A DNA stretch of 64,000 bases from an uncultured virus (IMG/VR IMGVR_UViG_3300002133_000084) (IMGVR_UViG_3300002133_000084); one strand, 5' to 3'; positions 10,575 through 21,901 are shown, counted from the first letter of the stretch. The notes: a model not told the origin generated them from the sequence alone. Program-made: numbers and translations.

Positions 10575-11887
10575 GTGGCCTCTTTTTCTTTTTCATTTTT
10601 TCTTTTTTCAATCTCACTGTTTATGTAATTACTTTTCAGTGACTCCAGAATCCTATCATTTTTCTGCATGTCTAATAGCCATTCCATAGGCATATTTTTA
10701 TGCGAAAAAAATTGCATACTCGTCTTATAGTTATAAGTGCTACTGATGTGTGGGTTTTTCCCGTACAAATTATCAAAGTAGTAGCAGGCTAGATGTGAGG
10801 GGTTGGCATTCTCATTTTTAGCTATCCAATAAGTCCCCACTTCCTCCTTGAATGATCCAAGCACAATCTCAATGGTTTCCTCGGATATATTAGAAAACAC
10901 ATGATTAGTGTGGGTATTCCAAGATGAGATACCCTTTGACAGTAAGATGATAAGAGACTTATCCGATAGATCGAGCCTACTTAAAATGGCCTCTAGCACA
11001 TCTTCTATTTCCGTCTGCCTGGCGGCCATCCTGTCTATGGTTTCCATGGAAGTAGACTTATTGGAAGCGACTTCCTCCCGCACAGCTTCGCATAAATCAT
11101 CTGCCATTTCATCCAATCTCCATGCCGGCAGTTTTTCACAACCAGCTACAGTGCGCCTAACATACTGATGGGGAGAGTATGAAATTTTAACAATCGTCTC
11201 TTCAGACACATTGCCATTTTCCCATATATACCTAGCCAGCGACGAGTCATTTCCGACTGATATACTGCGCAGTACATCATCGTCCGCCTTTTTTGATCTG
11301 GCAACAAGGTGGGATCCGTTGTGACTTTTCCATTTCACATTCAACAATACAATCAAATGATCTTTTGTTAAATTGGGATTATTGAAGATCCCTACTGTCG
11401 CACCACACTCCTCCCCACTGGCAATTATTTTATCCATCTCATCTATTGGTAGATCCTCTCGCTCCGCTGCAGTATATGACACATCCCAGTCTTTTTGCCT
11501 GGCCAGCTTACGGATAACCTCAGGGGTAGATTGAGAGCAATATGCTGCCCTATGGCGAATCTTAGAGGAGATGTCCTTCGATGCTCGCATCAAGATCTCC
11601 CCATCGGCATTGTTGTTTTGAAAAACAGCCGAACGGACGTCGATCTCCTTGTCATCCATCATCATCTTTAGAAGATTTACATCAGCGTGAGGGTTGCCCG
11701 CCAACTCCAATCGAACAGATACATACTCACTTGTCGCTAGCTTAACCCCCACGTCGTCCGGAATATTCTTGCGGCGCGCTATCATCTTCTGCACTTCAAT
11801 TTGCCCGCCATTAAAGGCGTTGCGAATCTGTTCGTCCGTGGTATTCTCGTTCCTTAGAACGGCATCCATTATATTCAATTCTGTCAT
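10571..11887 (-). CDS. HEAT/leucine-rich-variant (LRV) repeat protein
   Basis: Repeated VR..(L/V)A.N...P units. Confidence 0.75.
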   Translation of the reverse strand: MTELNIMDAVLRNENTTDEQIRNAFNGGQIEVQKMIARRKNIPDDVGVKLATSEYVSVRLELAGNPHADVNLLKMMMDDKEIDVRSAVFQNNNADGEILMRASKDISSKIRHRAAYCSQSTPEVIRKLARQKDWDVSYTAAEREDLPIDEMDKIIASGEECGATVGIFNNPNLTKDHLIVLLNVKWKSHNGSHLVARSKKADDDVLRSISVGNDSSLARYIWENGNVSEETIVKISYSPHQYVRRTVAGCEKLPAWRLDEMADDLCEAVREEVASNKSTSMETIDRMAARQTEIEDVLEAILSRLDLSDKSLIILLSKGISSWNTHTNHVFSNISEETIEIVLGSFKEEVGTYWIAKNENANPSHLACYYFDNLYGKNPHISSTYNYKTSMQFFSHKNMPMEWLLDMQKNDRILESLKSNYINSEIEKRKNEKEKEAT

Positions 11888-12618
11888 TATGCTGCCTCTC
11901 TTAACTTTCCGTTTTCATCCACACAATGAGCAACGCCCAACCTCTCTATCACATCTGCCATCACCTCTCTTGATACAAGGTGAGGGAAATAGCTTAAATT
12001 GCGCTCCATGTAACTGACGTCCAATTCATCAATGAAACCAAAGGTGAGCGCCTTGTAGGCTATCAGCTTGGGACGCATATCCATACCACAGCCCGTAAAG
12101 AATAGAAACTGCACGTTATCCACTTCTCGCTGCAGTACTCCCATTCCCACGCGCCGCGCATTGCACATATCAATAACGCCATCATAGCCATAGCTATATA
12201 CGACATTGACGTAGATCTCATCCCATTCCATGTCAGCGCCCCCCAACTCTTGGTGCTCATCCATGCGAATGCTCAACTCAGCCTCGATCACGTCGTCTCC
12301 AGGACACTCCTCTAGCTTTTCTTCTAAGTCGCCCATAATGTCCATCAACTCAGAAAGAAGATCCTCTCTCTCCTCCTCCGTGTAGCGATCACCCACCTCC
12401 GTCACATAATCGCCTGTTAATATTTCATAATCTTCCGTCCACTCAAAGTCGGACACATCCCATGTTTCCTCTTCGACGTGTCCGACTCTGACGTGGGCCG
12501 AGAAGTTATGCTCGTTCTCCTCCAGTAGGAGCCCCTGCAGCATATGGAAACGCACCCGCGCGCGCTCCGAATGGCACATCAACTTCACTTCATGCATAAT
12601 ACGCTCGAACCTGCTCGA
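11887..12618 (-). CDS. Hypothetical acidic protein
   Basis: Start at MSSRFER assumed (GGAGGG RBS); FFTGCGMDMRPKLI motif. Confidence 0.6.
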   Translation of the reverse strand, partial: SSRFERIMHEVKLMCHSERARVRFHMLQGLLLEENEHNFSAHVRVGHVEEETWDVSDFEWTEDYEILTGDYVTEVGDRYTEEEREDLLSELMDIMGDLEEKLEECPGDDVIEAELSIRMDEHQELGGADMEWDEIYVNVVYSYGYDGVIDMCNARRVGMGVLQREVDNVQFLFFTGCGMDMRPKLIAYKALTFGFIDELDVSYMERNLSYFPHLVSREVMADVIERLGVAHCVDENGKLREAA

Positions 12619-13288
12619 CATCTTTCCCCCCTCCCACCCAGCGATCATTAGCGCGCACCACTTCCCAATCCAGTGCGCCACCGGGCAATAGCTCAAAATC
12701 GACACACCCCAAGGGATCTATGCCGATAAATAGTGTTTTTTCTCGCTCAATCAACTTAGACTGATGGTGATGGCCGAAGGCCCAATGGTTGGGCTGGTGA
12801 ATGGAATACAAGTGATTGAGAAAGTTGGTAGTGCGCGACATGGGCTTATACATCACGTCATCGAAGTGTGGCGTAATAAACGTTGGGCAGTCATGAGACA
12901 ATACAAAATCGGGCTTATATCGCTCGTACATTTCAGCGCACTCTCGCATCTGAGAATCCGATAACTGCTCTTGCTCCCACCAGCTTTTGAAGTCATCCCG
13001 ATTACGCGTCTCCTTATCAGCCGACTCTGCGCCTGATATAAAGAAGAAGGTGTATCCGTAAAAGCAGCACAGCCCAAATGGATATAAGGCGTGTGCTGGC
13101 AAGTTATCATAGTCATCGTGGTTGCCGGGAATAAACTTGTGCAACATGGGATCTACGTGAGCCCTCAGCTGGGCATACGTCTTTTTAAATCCCATGTCGC
13201 CCAACTGCACCGAACAGTCTGCCCCCTCAATCAAGGAGACATACTGCACTACATCAGCATGTACATCTCCTATAATCCGCAGTTTCAT
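12590..13288 (-). CDS. Calcineurin-like metallophosphoesterase
   Basis: GDVH, LGDMG, GNHD, SHDCP, FGHHH motifs. Confidence 0.9.
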   Translation of the reverse strand: MKLRIIGDVHADVVQYVSLIEGADCSVQLGDMGFKKTYAQLRAHVDPMLHKFIPGNHDDYDNLPAHALYPFGLCCFYGYTFFFISGAESADKETRNRDDFKSWWEQEQLSDSQMRECAEMYERYKPDFVLSHDCPTFITPHFDDVMYKPMSRTTNFLNHLYSIHQPNHWAFGHHHQSKLIEREKTLFIGIDPLGCVDFELLPGGALDWEVVRANDRWVGGGKDVEQVRAYYA

Positions 13289-13749
13289 TTTTTCTCATAT
13301 CTTTCGTGAAAGCTCATATCAAGCTCGTCGGCTGGCACGCCACATAAAATCCCGCGGAGTCGATGCCATGAGCGGGAATTCTTTTGTCCGTGATCTATTA
13401 AGTTGTGCATAGTGTGAATGTAATTCTCGTGCTTTTCCTTGTATATCCAGTACTCCCCATCGATCTCTGTATGGTTAAGTCCATATACCTCGCAGACGGC
13501 ACCCACGATATAATCCATCTGATCGTCTTTGCCTGGACGTACCATGGAAGCCATGCAGGAGCCCAAATACACCTTCTCCGCCAGCCCCGATACAAACCCA
13601 ATGGATACCCCATATCGAATGTCCGCCGTCAATTCGCCCGTTATGCCAAACCTATCCAAGAGTTGGGCGTATAGATCCCCGCATGTCACCTTCCCCATCC
13701 CAATCCGTCCTCTTATTAATAGGAGACTCCTCTTCAGAGCCCTCCTCAA
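13285..13749 (-). CDS. Hypothetical protein
   Basis: ORF in tightly packed run; start uncertain. Confidence 0.5.
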   Translation of the reverse strand: MRRALKRSLLLIRGRIGMGKVTCGDLYAQLLDRFGITGELTADIRYGVSIGFVSGLAEKVYLGSCMASMVRPGKDDQMDYIVGAVCEVYGLNHTEIDGEYWIYKEKHENYIHTMHNLIDHGQKNSRSWHRLRGILCGVPADELDMSFHERYEKK

Positions 13750-14068
13750 TTGATTCTACTTTTCCATGCGTAAATCGCACCCTGTACTCCAGATGCTTTC
13801 CATCAATCTGCGTCCACATATAGATGTCGCCGTGGTGCTCTACCACCCTATCTGCCTGCGCCACCGTACGGAAGGATCCCCGCAATGGCTCATTATCATC
13901 TTTTTGCCACTCCCTCTTTTTATCGTGGCGGATAAGCGTCCCATCCGACTTGATAGTGTACTCTTCCATGGAGAGATCCATAGAGGCCTTAGACACAAAC
14001 ACCTTGTCCTGCGCCAGTGGATTAGGCAATGGGTACTCACATCGTATCTCATCGTGCAATCCGCGCAT
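13652..14068 (-). CDS. Conserved phage hypothetical protein
   Basis: G..DEIRCEYPLP ... EY.VRFTHGKV pattern. Confidence 0.6.
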   Translation of the reverse strand: MRGLHDEIRCEYPLPNPLAQDKVFVSKASMDLSMEEYTIKSDGTLIRHDKKREWQKDDNEPLRGSFRTVAQADRVVEHHGDIYMWTQIDGKHLEYRVRFTHGKVESIEEGSEEESPINKRTDWDGEGDMRGSIRPTLG

Positions 14069-14928
14069 CGTGTGCTCCTTTTATTTTGGGGGATGGGGGA
14101 GGGGGCCACAGGTGGGCCTGATTGTCTCTGATCCATTTATTGAGATTGACACAGATGAACTCACCCTCCAACTCAGAGGAGACGCGACACAGCACAATGT
14201 CCTCATCGTCCAGCATAGATCCATACACTGCACCAGAGCCGGCGTTTACCATCTTATAGTGGGTGTCCAATATTTTGCATTGCCAGCCGATCAGCGTCAT
14301 CTTGATCGATCCAAGCAAGCTCTCACAGCGCCCCCAATCAGAGAGCCTGCGGGGACGTATTACTTCTGCATCTTGGGAGGCGGGGCCAAAACAAGAGGGA
14401 TTCCAACTGCACAGAGTCTCCATTCCGGAGACTCCCAGAACGCGGGAGCAATTGCTAAAATAAATGCAATCAGAACAGGTGAATCTTTCCGGCAGGGCGC
14501 AAAGATCCGTCTCCCCTGAGAGGGGGTTTTGTTCCATGGTGGTACTCCAGTTTAAAGGGGGCCGGTACGAACTACGCCATCATTGTCAATGGCCCAGTTA
14601 TATGCTCGCCGTGGACAGCGCGACGATGTAGGCGCTCTCGATCCAAGAAGATCTCCAGCCCAACATCCTGTATGTGCCTGCTCATTAGCACATCAGCCAG
14701 TTCACCATCGCCGCCCGATACCGCGCGCGCTCCTGACATCAGATATGCCCTATAAGGCATCGGCGCTGACGACAGCTTACAATACTTCGGATAGAAGGAG
14801 CTGATCTCCTCCATAACGTGATCGCTAGTCGGATTGGATACCGGTATAGAAACCGCATCAACTACTATCATAATCCCCTCCTCGGGATATAAAGTGGGGG
14901 CCAGGACTGCCCCAGCCCCCACATGCCT

Positions 14929-15348
14929 CTAGAACGGCAGATCGTCGTCGGGGCTATTGCCCCCAGACACAGCCGGCTCGTATTGTTCCTGCGAATCCTG
15001 AGAGTCATCTCTGCGGGAGTCCAGCATTTCCATGCTGTGCGCCACAACTTCCGTCGTATAACGCTTTTGCCCGCTCTGATCGTCCCACGATCGCGTCTGC
15101 AACTTGCCTTCGATGTATACCTTACTGCCCTTCTTCAGATACTTGGCTGCCGTCTCGGCCAGCGCGCGCCACATGACAATGCGATGCCACTCTGTCTTTT
15201 CCTGCTGCTCGCCATTGGAATCCTTCCACGACTCACTGGTGGCAATAGAGAAATTAACCACCTGGGCGTTGGTTGGCGTGAAGCGCGATTCTGGATCGGC
15301 CCCGAGGTTCCCCACGAGGATAACCTTGTTGACACTTCCTTTGCTCAT
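14929..15348 (-). CDS. ssb: Single-stranded DNA-binding protein
   Basis: [40 protein letters not shown]-terminal DDDLPF. Confidence 0.97.
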   Translation of the reverse strand: MSKGSVNKVILVGNLGADPESRFTPTNAQVVNFSIATSESWKDSNGEQQEKTEWHRIVMWRALAETAAKYLKKGSKVYIEGKLQTRSWDDQSGQKRYTTEVVAHSMEMLDSRRDDSQDSQEQYEPAVSGGNSPDDDLPF

Positions 15349-15663
15349 CTTTGTCTCCTAGTTCATTATATATAGGTGTATTTCTAAAAAACTGGACTCA
15401 AGGGGAGTCATAGTCCAACTTGGCTAGCAATTTTATAGGCGAAGTGCTCCAATCAGCACATCATATCGTTATGAGCATATATCCTCATCTTCAATGATGT
15501 TATTGTATGCGCCGACACTTCCGTTAGTCCTTCCAGCCCACCAGATTATAGCCCCAAAAACTGCCACAATGCTGGCCCATATTAACGTCTTCATCTCGCT
15601 CCCCTTGTATTAATCAATTGCCATATGATCTTCAAATGTTGACTAAGGGAGACATAATGCTCC

Positions 15664-15692
15664 AATATGGTAGATATGAATACATATGTCAA
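15664..15692 (-). promoter_or_regulatory. Sigma-70-like promoter for leftward gene run
   Basis: Minus strand TTGACA-17 nt-CATATT in divergent intergenic region. Confidence 0.55.
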
Positions 15693-15758
15693 TGGTGAAT
15701 ATAACTTTTTTTTCAAAAAAAACTTCCATCTGCCACGCTCAGTACGATAGGTAGGTAT

Positions 15759-16325
15759 ATGAAACGTAAGGGGAAAAACAAGGCGTCCTCCACCAAGCCT
15801 ATCGTGGATGCCATAAAGAGAGCTGAGTCCTCCTTTCGGGATGTGCATCCTAATTGGGTTATACCCGCTCGCGCCCTAGAGGAGATGGACGCGCGCAAGG
15901 ATTATAAGGCACTAGGGTTTAATTCCATGCATGCCTTCCTGAGAAAGTACATGGCGCCCAATAGGGTTCGTTGGGCGACTATGATAATAAACTGTTATAG
16001 AATAGGCCGGGACATCTTCAAGATCACCGATGAGGAGATGTCTCTCATCCCATATAGAAGGATACATTCCGTTTCCGCTGTAGTTGAGGATGATCCGGAA
16101 TATTGGCTGCGCCTGGCAAAGGAAACTCGCCTCACCAGGGATGAATTAGACTTAAAGGTGGGAATAGTGCGCGGGCGCTACAAGGAAAACACATTCGTCT
16201 TGCAGGGCTGTTTCAAGTTGGTTAAGGTGGATAGCCCACCAAAAAACATGAAGGGAGAGGGGCGATTGAAGCAGGCGGCGGATCTATATTGGCACGAGGG
16301 GGATCACTATGTCAGATTTAAGTGA
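15759..16325 (+). CDS. Hypothetical protein
   Basis: First gene of rightward operon. Confidence 0.65.
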   Translation: MKRKGKNKASSTKPIVDAIKRAESSFRDVHPNWVIPARALEEMDARKDYKALGFNSMHAFLRKYMAPNRVRWATMIINCYRIGRDIFKITDEEMSLIPYRRIHSVSAVVEDDPEYWLRLAKETRLTRDELDLKVGIVRGRYKENTFVLQGCFKLVKVDSPPKNMKGEGRLKQAADLYWHEGDHYVRFK

Positions 16326-17160
16326 TCTCAGCTATTCCGATCTCCTTAAGATGGAGGTGGGGATGGATATGTTGGAGTATATAAATTCCCTGCCCCCAAT
16401 GACGATAGACGATCTATCAAAGCGCATATCGCACATCATAGGAGTCACCTGCCCACCGCAGAATATTCGCCACATTGTAAATAGAAACAATCTGCAGTAT
16501 ATACCCTCACCAGATAAAAAGGGCGGCCGCGGCCGGGGGCACCTTCAGGCTCGTCTCGTTAAGTATATGGAGCCCTTCCTGTCCAATTACAATCTCCCCG
16601 TCGACTACGATCACGCCATATTCTTCCTGGCCAACTGCAAGGTGGATCTATGGAAGCTGGCTGCATTGATTGCCGTTAAGGAGCGCCTCACAAAATCTTC
16701 CCGTCATTCTATGTATTCTACAATTATTAAGGACGTGAGAATTGAGCATTTCTTTTCCGGGGAATACCATACCCCTAATAAGGGAATGATAGATAAGCTG
16801 AAGAAGATAACGGCACTTTCTGCTGATCATCAAAAGCACAAGACGATGCTCAAATGCCTACTCTTGGATGGCGCCCAACTATTTGTTTATAAAGATGGTA
16901 CGGCGTCATGGCAGCGATCTCTCGACGGCGTTTTTTACGTTCGAACGGATCAGCCATTGAGAGTTATAACCCACCTCAACGTAGCCATTGCGCGCGCGAG
17001 AGAGAGTCAATCGAGCGATGAGATTGAGATATATAAAGAGCTATTATCCAGTGTTCGATCGGTTGTAGAGCCATACACAAGCCCAGTGTTTTTTGATTTC
17101 ACACAAGCAAATAGTCCACATTTAAGGGAAACTTTATCCAAAAGGAAGCAACATGTTTAA
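16309..17160 (+). CDS. Hypothetical protein
   Basis: 283 aa ORF overlapping neighbours. Confidence 0.65.
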   Translation: MSDLSDLSYSDLLKMEVGMDMLEYINSLPPMTIDDLSKRISHIIGVTCPPQNIRHIVNRNNLQYIPSPDKKGGRGRGHLQARLVKYMEPFLSNYNLPVDYDHAIFFLANCKVDLWKLAALIAVKERLTKSSRHSMYSTIIKDVRIEHFFSGEYHTPNKGMIDKLKKITALSADHQKHKTMLKCLLLDGAQLFVYKDGTASWQRSLDGVFYVRTDQPLRVITHLNVAIARARESQSSDEIEIYKELLSSVRSVVEPYTSPVFFDFTQANSPHLRETLSKRKQHV

Positions 17161-18202
17161 GCTAGCCGGGCGAATCATCGACGCCCACGATTTGATTAAC
17201 TCGCCCCTTGATCACCATCAAGAAGCGATGCGGGCCATATATGAAAAGGCGCCCGATTACGTCAAAGAGGCATCGATGTCTACTCGGCAGGAGATGTCCA
17301 CTCTTCCTGACGCATGTTTCGGGCTGACAATCACAGAAAAGACGGCCTCGCACAATTACTATGCCCTGCCAGACAAGGCGCACGCATGGCTTCAGGCTCA
17401 GGCTTTGGACGCATTATCCGACGAGTTGCCAGAGGCAATTAAGACGGCCGCCGCCAAGTCTGTCACATTGGCCTGCGCGCGCTATGCAGTAGATGTGCCG
17501 GAGAAGGTGGCCTCCCTAGTCAACGAGGACGCATCTACTCAGGTTTCACTGGATGACTGCCAGGATGCAGGGGAGAAGGTAGCCAGCGACGACGATGAGC
17601 CGGTATATGGGCTTGTGGTGGGCGGAAAGAATCTATATCCGATCCACACGGAGTCGCTTCTCAAGACGGCTATGTCATACCTAGAAAACAACGAGCTATC
17701 CTTTGCTCCTCCCCACCGTTGGCAGTTTGCGCGCGCCATCAAGAAGCAGGCCGAGGCCTTGGAGGTGGAGACGACGGAGCTGGTGGAGAAGTGCGCCTCT
17801 GACGATTACTCGGAGGCCCTGTCTCACATGCTAGATCTGCGCCGGCTACGCGCCACCCCAGAGCAGAGGGAAGCCCTCGACAAGCTGGCCTCCCATCAAA
17901 ACAAGATTAATGCGTCCAGCTTTGCCGATGCGCTCCATGCGTGGGATCAGGCTACGGCCATCTCCAATCACATGGATATCCCTGACGCTTACGAGTCTGT
18001 TTTTTCTCAGCGCGAGAAGATAGCCGCAGAGGATAAGTCGCATTCCATCGCGCGCGCCGTAGCACTGCATCAGCAGAAGATTGCCTCTTACTTGGGCAAG
18101 GGCGTCGTACAAGAGTTGCTGGATGCTCCCAGTGAGGCCTATGACGCTTTGGGCGAAGATGGGCAAGAGGTGCTCGACAACATCATCGCGGGAAATCTGT
18201 AA
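17153..18202 (+). CDS. Putative virion/head-associated protein with repeated K(T/V/L/I)A motifs
   Basis: EKTAS, KTAAA, EKVAS x2, KTAMS, DKLAS, EKIAA, KIAS; upstream of portal-like gene. Confidence 0.5.
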   Translation: MFKLAGRIIDAHDLINSPLDHHQEAMRAIYEKAPDYVKEASMSTRQEMSTLPDACFGLTITEKTASHNYYALPDKAHAWLQAQALDALSDELPEAIKTAAAKSVTLACARYAVDVPEKVASLVNEDASTQVSLDDCQDAGEKVASDDDEPVYGLVVGGKNLYPIHTESLLKTAMSYLENNELSFAPPHRWQFARAIKKQAEALEVETTELVEKCASDDYSEALSHMLDLRRLRATPEQREALDKLASHQNKINASSFADALHAWDQATAISNHMDIPDAYESVFSQREKIAAEDKSHSIARAVALHQQKIASYLGKGVVQELLDAPSEAYDALGEDGQEVLDNIIAGNL

Positions 18203-18835
18203 GTGGAGCTCGAACAGTATAAAATACCAAACCCATCCAAGGCTTTTGCCAATGATGGGCACCCACTGACGTTTGCCCATTACTTATTCGATTGGGATAG
18301 CGAATGGGTGCTATGGGACGCCGAGACGATTCGCTTTGAGGTTAAGTCTCGCCTCAACGTAGAGGTGTCGGACGCCGCATCGGATACCATATTGGCCCTG
18401 CAGACAATGCTAGTGTCGGAAGATCCATGGAAAAAGCCATGGGCTTTTGAGGTGGTATGCAGGGCTATCACCGATCCCATTGTGGACTGGGGAACATCGT
18501 ACATCCCTTCCCCCGGGCAGATACTCTTTGCGCTGCGCACCATGAAGAAGGTGGACGATCGTCCATTTTCAGAAGAGCTGGAAAAAGAGATGGCTCATTG
18601 GATGGTGACACATGGAATTATTTGGCTTAGCGATGAGTGGGTATCGCTCGATGAGCACCTGCGGCCCCTGTTCCCGGCCGAGCAGCGCGATCAGGTGGCT
18701 CGATTTTACCGCACGGAATCGGATAAGACGCTATCGGAGTGGGACGTTGACGACGATCAATTGTCCCAGGTAGCAGCCGCGCGCGTGGCTTTGGCCATTG
18801 AATACGCAAACGAAAAGGAAAAATACCGTGGCTAG
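18203..18835 (+). CDS. Hypothetical protein (structural operon)
   Basis: GTG start directly after upstream stop. Confidence 0.6.
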   Translation: MELEQYKIPNPSKAFANDGHPLTFAHYLFDWDSEWVLWDAETIRFEVKSRLNVEVSDAASDTILALQTMLVSEDPWKKPWAFEVVCRAITDPIVDWGTSYIPSPGQILFALRTMKKVDDRPFSEELEKEMAHWMVTHGIIWLSDEWVSLDEHLRPLFPAEQRDQVARFYRTESDKTLSEWDVDDDQLSQVAAARVALAIEYANEKEKYRG

Positions 18836-20681
18836 TCCCACTATACCGGATATATCTTCATTCGCATCAGGCACCTCTCCACTGTCTCGTCGACAGCAGT
18901 CATATCCGCACAAAATGTTCAATCTCGCACAGGCGTATCTGCCTGATAATGTTAGAGATATATACGATTTGTGCGCCTATTATTTTTCCACGAGCTCACT
19001 GGTACATCCGGTGGTGCAAAAAATCTCTGAGTATGCCATTACTCATTTTCACTACGAGTCGAATGATGATGAGTCGGTAAGGCGTGTCAAGCGCATGTTT
19101 GAGAAGACGTGGCACATGCGTCACACATGCATTGAGATCGGCCTATACTACAACACGTTCGGCAACGGCTATGCTCCTATCATGTACGCCCTGCGTCGCT
19201 TTCTTGTGTGCGAGAAGTGCGACAAGCGCCATCATGTCCGTAAAGTGAAGTTCAAGTGGCAGAATTACGAGTTTCATGGACGCTGCCCCAATTGTTCGCA
19301 CGATGGCAAGTTTCGCGTTCGAGACATCTATCCGCGCAGTCCGGAGTTTGTTCGTCCGGTTATTTTTGATCCGCGCAATGTCTACACGAAGCGCAATCCC
19401 ATCACGGGACACATACATTATTTCTATAGTATACCCAGCGAAATTAAGGCTCGCATTCGCCGCGGTGATCCATACATGCTGGAAGATACGCCATGGGTGT
19501 TCGTCCAAGCAGTAAAGCACAACCGCCGCGTCGACTTGAATAGGGATACCTTATATCACTTTTCCCGCCCCGGATTGTCGGCCTCTAACGAGGGGCTGGG
19601 CATGCCGCTTATTCAGCCCGTCATGCAGGACGTGTTCTACCGTGGGACACTCAAGCGAGCGCAGGAGGCCATCGCACTGCAGCACATCGTCCCCTTGATG
19701 ATTTTATTTCCCCAGGGAGTCAATAATGTCTCGGCGCCCAAGCAGTATAATTTGGGGGACTGGAAAAACAAGGTTGAAAACGAAATTCGAAAGTGGAAAG
19801 TCGATCCAAATTACATCCCTGTGATGCCATTGCCAGCTGGCTCCCTGAGCCTCGGTGGAGATGCGAGGGCATTGATGATTACCCCTGAATTAGATCACAA
19901 CCAGGGCAATATCATCAATGGCATGGGGATGCCTGTTGATATCTTGACGGGCGGCATGACGTGGAGCGGTGGATCTATATCGATGCGCATGATCGAGAAT
20001 ATGCTCGTCAATTACAGAGAAAACATTGACGAGTATTTGGAGTTTGCCGCCGACAAAGCCTATTCCTATTTGGGGTGGGACAAGGTGCCAGTGTCCTTGA
20101 CGCCTTTTAGGATGGCTGACGACATGCAGAGACTTCAGATCATGTCGGGCGCACGCGCTCAAGGTGACATCTCCGTGGGTAGATACCTGGAAGAGTTAGG
20201 CGAAGATCACACCAAAGAGCACGAGCGCCGCATGAAAGAACTTACCGATGAACAGGAATACCTGACGGAGCAGATGCGAGGCCAGGCCACCGCCCAGGGT
20301 GAGGCCGGCATCGTAGCCGCGCGCTATCAGCAGAAGGCGCAGTCGGCCATGCTACAAGAGCAGGAGGATGAGGTGCAAGAGGAGGTGGAGTCGCAGGGTG
20401 TGCCTATGGATGATCCGCGCGGACTAGTCACCTTGTTGGCTGAGATGATCCTTTCTTCGGAGGGACAGGAGCAGCAGTACGCCTTAGAGCAGCTGCAGGG
20501 CATGCCCAACTTGGCGCAGATGGTGTATGAGGAGATGGATATGCTGGTGAATGGCCAGCAGCAGGAAGAAGGAATGGCCATGGGCGGGGAGCCACAGGAA
20601 ACGGGTGGCGGCACAGATCAATTTGCCATGGAAGTGGATGACGCGCCTCCGGAGATACTGCCGCCGAGGAATGGGTTTTAG
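18828..20681 (+). CDS. Probable phage portal protein with Zn-ribbon insertion
   Basis: Portal-like layout (VHPVVQKISEYAIT; IGLYYNTFGNGY; YHFSRP..GLGMPLI; acidic coiled-coil C-terminus); CEKC..CPNC insertion; GTG start at 18828. Confidence 0.6.
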   Translation: MASPTIPDISSFASGTSPLSRRQQSYPHKMFNLAQAYLPDNVRDIYDLCAYYFSTSSLVHPVVQKISEYAITHFHYESNDDESVRRVKRMFEKTWHMRHTCIEIGLYYNTFGNGYAPIMYALRRFLVCEKCDKRHHVRKVKFKWQNYEFHGRCPNCSHDGKFRVRDIYPRSPEFVRPVIFDPRNVYTKRNPITGHIHYFYSIPSEIKARIRRGDPYMLEDTPWVFVQAVKHNRRVDLNRDTLYHFSRPGLSASNEGLGMPLIQPVMQDVFYRGTLKRAQEAIALQHIVPLMILFPQGVNNVSAPKQYNLGDWKNKVENEIRKWKVDPNYIPVMPLPAGSLSLGGDARALMITPELDHNQGNIINGMGMPVDILTGGMTWSGGSISMRMIENMLVNYRENIDEYLEFAADKAYSYLGWDKVPVSLTPFRMADDMQRLQIMSGARAQGDISVGRYLEELGEDHTKEHERRMKELTDEQEYLTEQMRGQATAQGEAGIVAARYQQKAQSAMLQEQEDEVQEEVESQGVPMDDPRGLVTLLAEMILSSEGQEQQYALEQLQGMPNLAQMVYEEMDMLVNGQQQEEGMAMGGEPQETGGGTDQFAMEVDDAPPEILPPRNGF

Positions 20682-21160
20682 GTTACACCTAGAGCATATG
20701 GGTGGTTCATCCTCAGGATGCGTCCGGCCACCCTACTCACCTCAGAGTCTCTATCATTATATAGATCTACGAGAGTGGTGGAGATGGTATTGCTATTATT
20801 GGCCACCGCCATTTTTATGTGCTTATCGACGGATTTGGATAGATCGTCCAGGGCGTCGACAGGAGCAGATGGATTTTTCGCCACAGCGAAGGCGGTATCG
20901 TGCTTATGAGCTAGATGCACTAGGATTTCTTGTGGGGTGAATGGGTTCATGGCTATAGCTATTTTAGATCCAATATTGTGCACCCACATCTTATTGATGA
21001 GATTTTCATCTTCAATTCTCACCAAGACGTTAAATTTATCATTTTCACTAGAAATAGCTCGGAATACACTCATAGCACGCTCTATGGGTGTATGTGGATT
21101 ATTTATAATGGTTAGCTGAATAGCCCATGGTGGGTTATATGGTTCCTCAGAACTCGGCAT
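20678..21160 (-). CDS. HEAT/LRV-repeat protein
   Basis: AIAMNPFTP, AVAKNPSAP, AVANNSNT repeats. Confidence 0.7.
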   Translation of the reverse strand: MPSSEEPYNPPWAIQLTIINNPHTPIERAMSVFRAISSENDKFNVLVRIEDENLINKMWVHNIGSKIAIAMNPFTPQEILVHLAHKHDTAFAVAKNPSAPVDALDDLSKSVDKHIKMAVANNSNTISTTLVDLYNDRDSEVSRVAGRILRMNHPYALGVT

Positions 21161-21869
21161 AGGGCGCTCCTCCTTTCTTTATTATGGAATCCAGTATAGA
21201 TGGGAATCGAACCTTGAGCATAGCCCTAGCAGACGAAGCTACATCCTTATTCTCATCTCTGCGCAGCTTCCTGAGGATGCTTCTGTTTGTTTTTATATTC
21301 CTAATCACCGCCATCTTGGTATAGCCATCCCCCTCATCAGCTAAAAGCGCTAGGAGGGGCACACTGACGGATGGGCTTGATGCTATAATCTGCGCCGTGT
21401 CATCCCCCCTAGCCAAGTTAGACACTACATCTCCGGGCGCATGTGGATTCATGGCCAGGGCGGCCGTCATGCTCGTCCCACCTAAAAACACCTTCCTAAA
21501 ATACCCGGAGGTGAGTGGATTTCCACATAGCCCCGTGGCCGCACTGCTATCAAAATCGCAGTGCAAAAGAATTTGCGATAAGATGCCCACATCATTGCTG
21601 TTGCTTGCCAATATGGCAATGGCTAGGCATCCATCGTTGTACTGCAGGAGAAGTTGCTGTGCCTGGACTGGAAGGAGGCTGCCCCGGCGCGCGAGCACCT
21701 CCTTCACCATGGGGGTGCGATCAATTGCCAGGGCGATAAGTACTTCTGGTGAGGTGGCCCGTCGCGCTATTTCGGCCCGAATTACACTGTCCTTGCTATC
21801 TACCTGCCTCTCCAGTGTATCTATTTCAATATGTGGGTTATGCAGGATGGCCCTCATTATCTTTTCCAT
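21147..21869 (-). CDS. HEAT/LRV-repeat protein
   Basis: ILHNPH, LCGNPLT, LAMNPHAP repeats. Confidence 0.7.
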   Translation of the reverse strand: MEKIMRAILHNPHIEIDTLERQVDSKDSVIRAEIARRATSPEVLIALAIDRTPMVKEVLARRGSLLPVQAQQLLLQYNDGCLAIAILASNSNDVGILSQILLHCDFDSSAATGLCGNPLTSGYFRKVFLGGTSMTAALAMNPHAPGDVVSNLARGDDTAQIIASSPSVSVPLLALLADEGDGYTKMAVIRNIKTNRSILRKLRRDENKDVASSARAMLKVRFPSILDSIIKKGGAPYAEF

Positions 21870-21901
21870 TCAAATACCCCTTTCTGCGTGGAAAAGATGT
21901 T

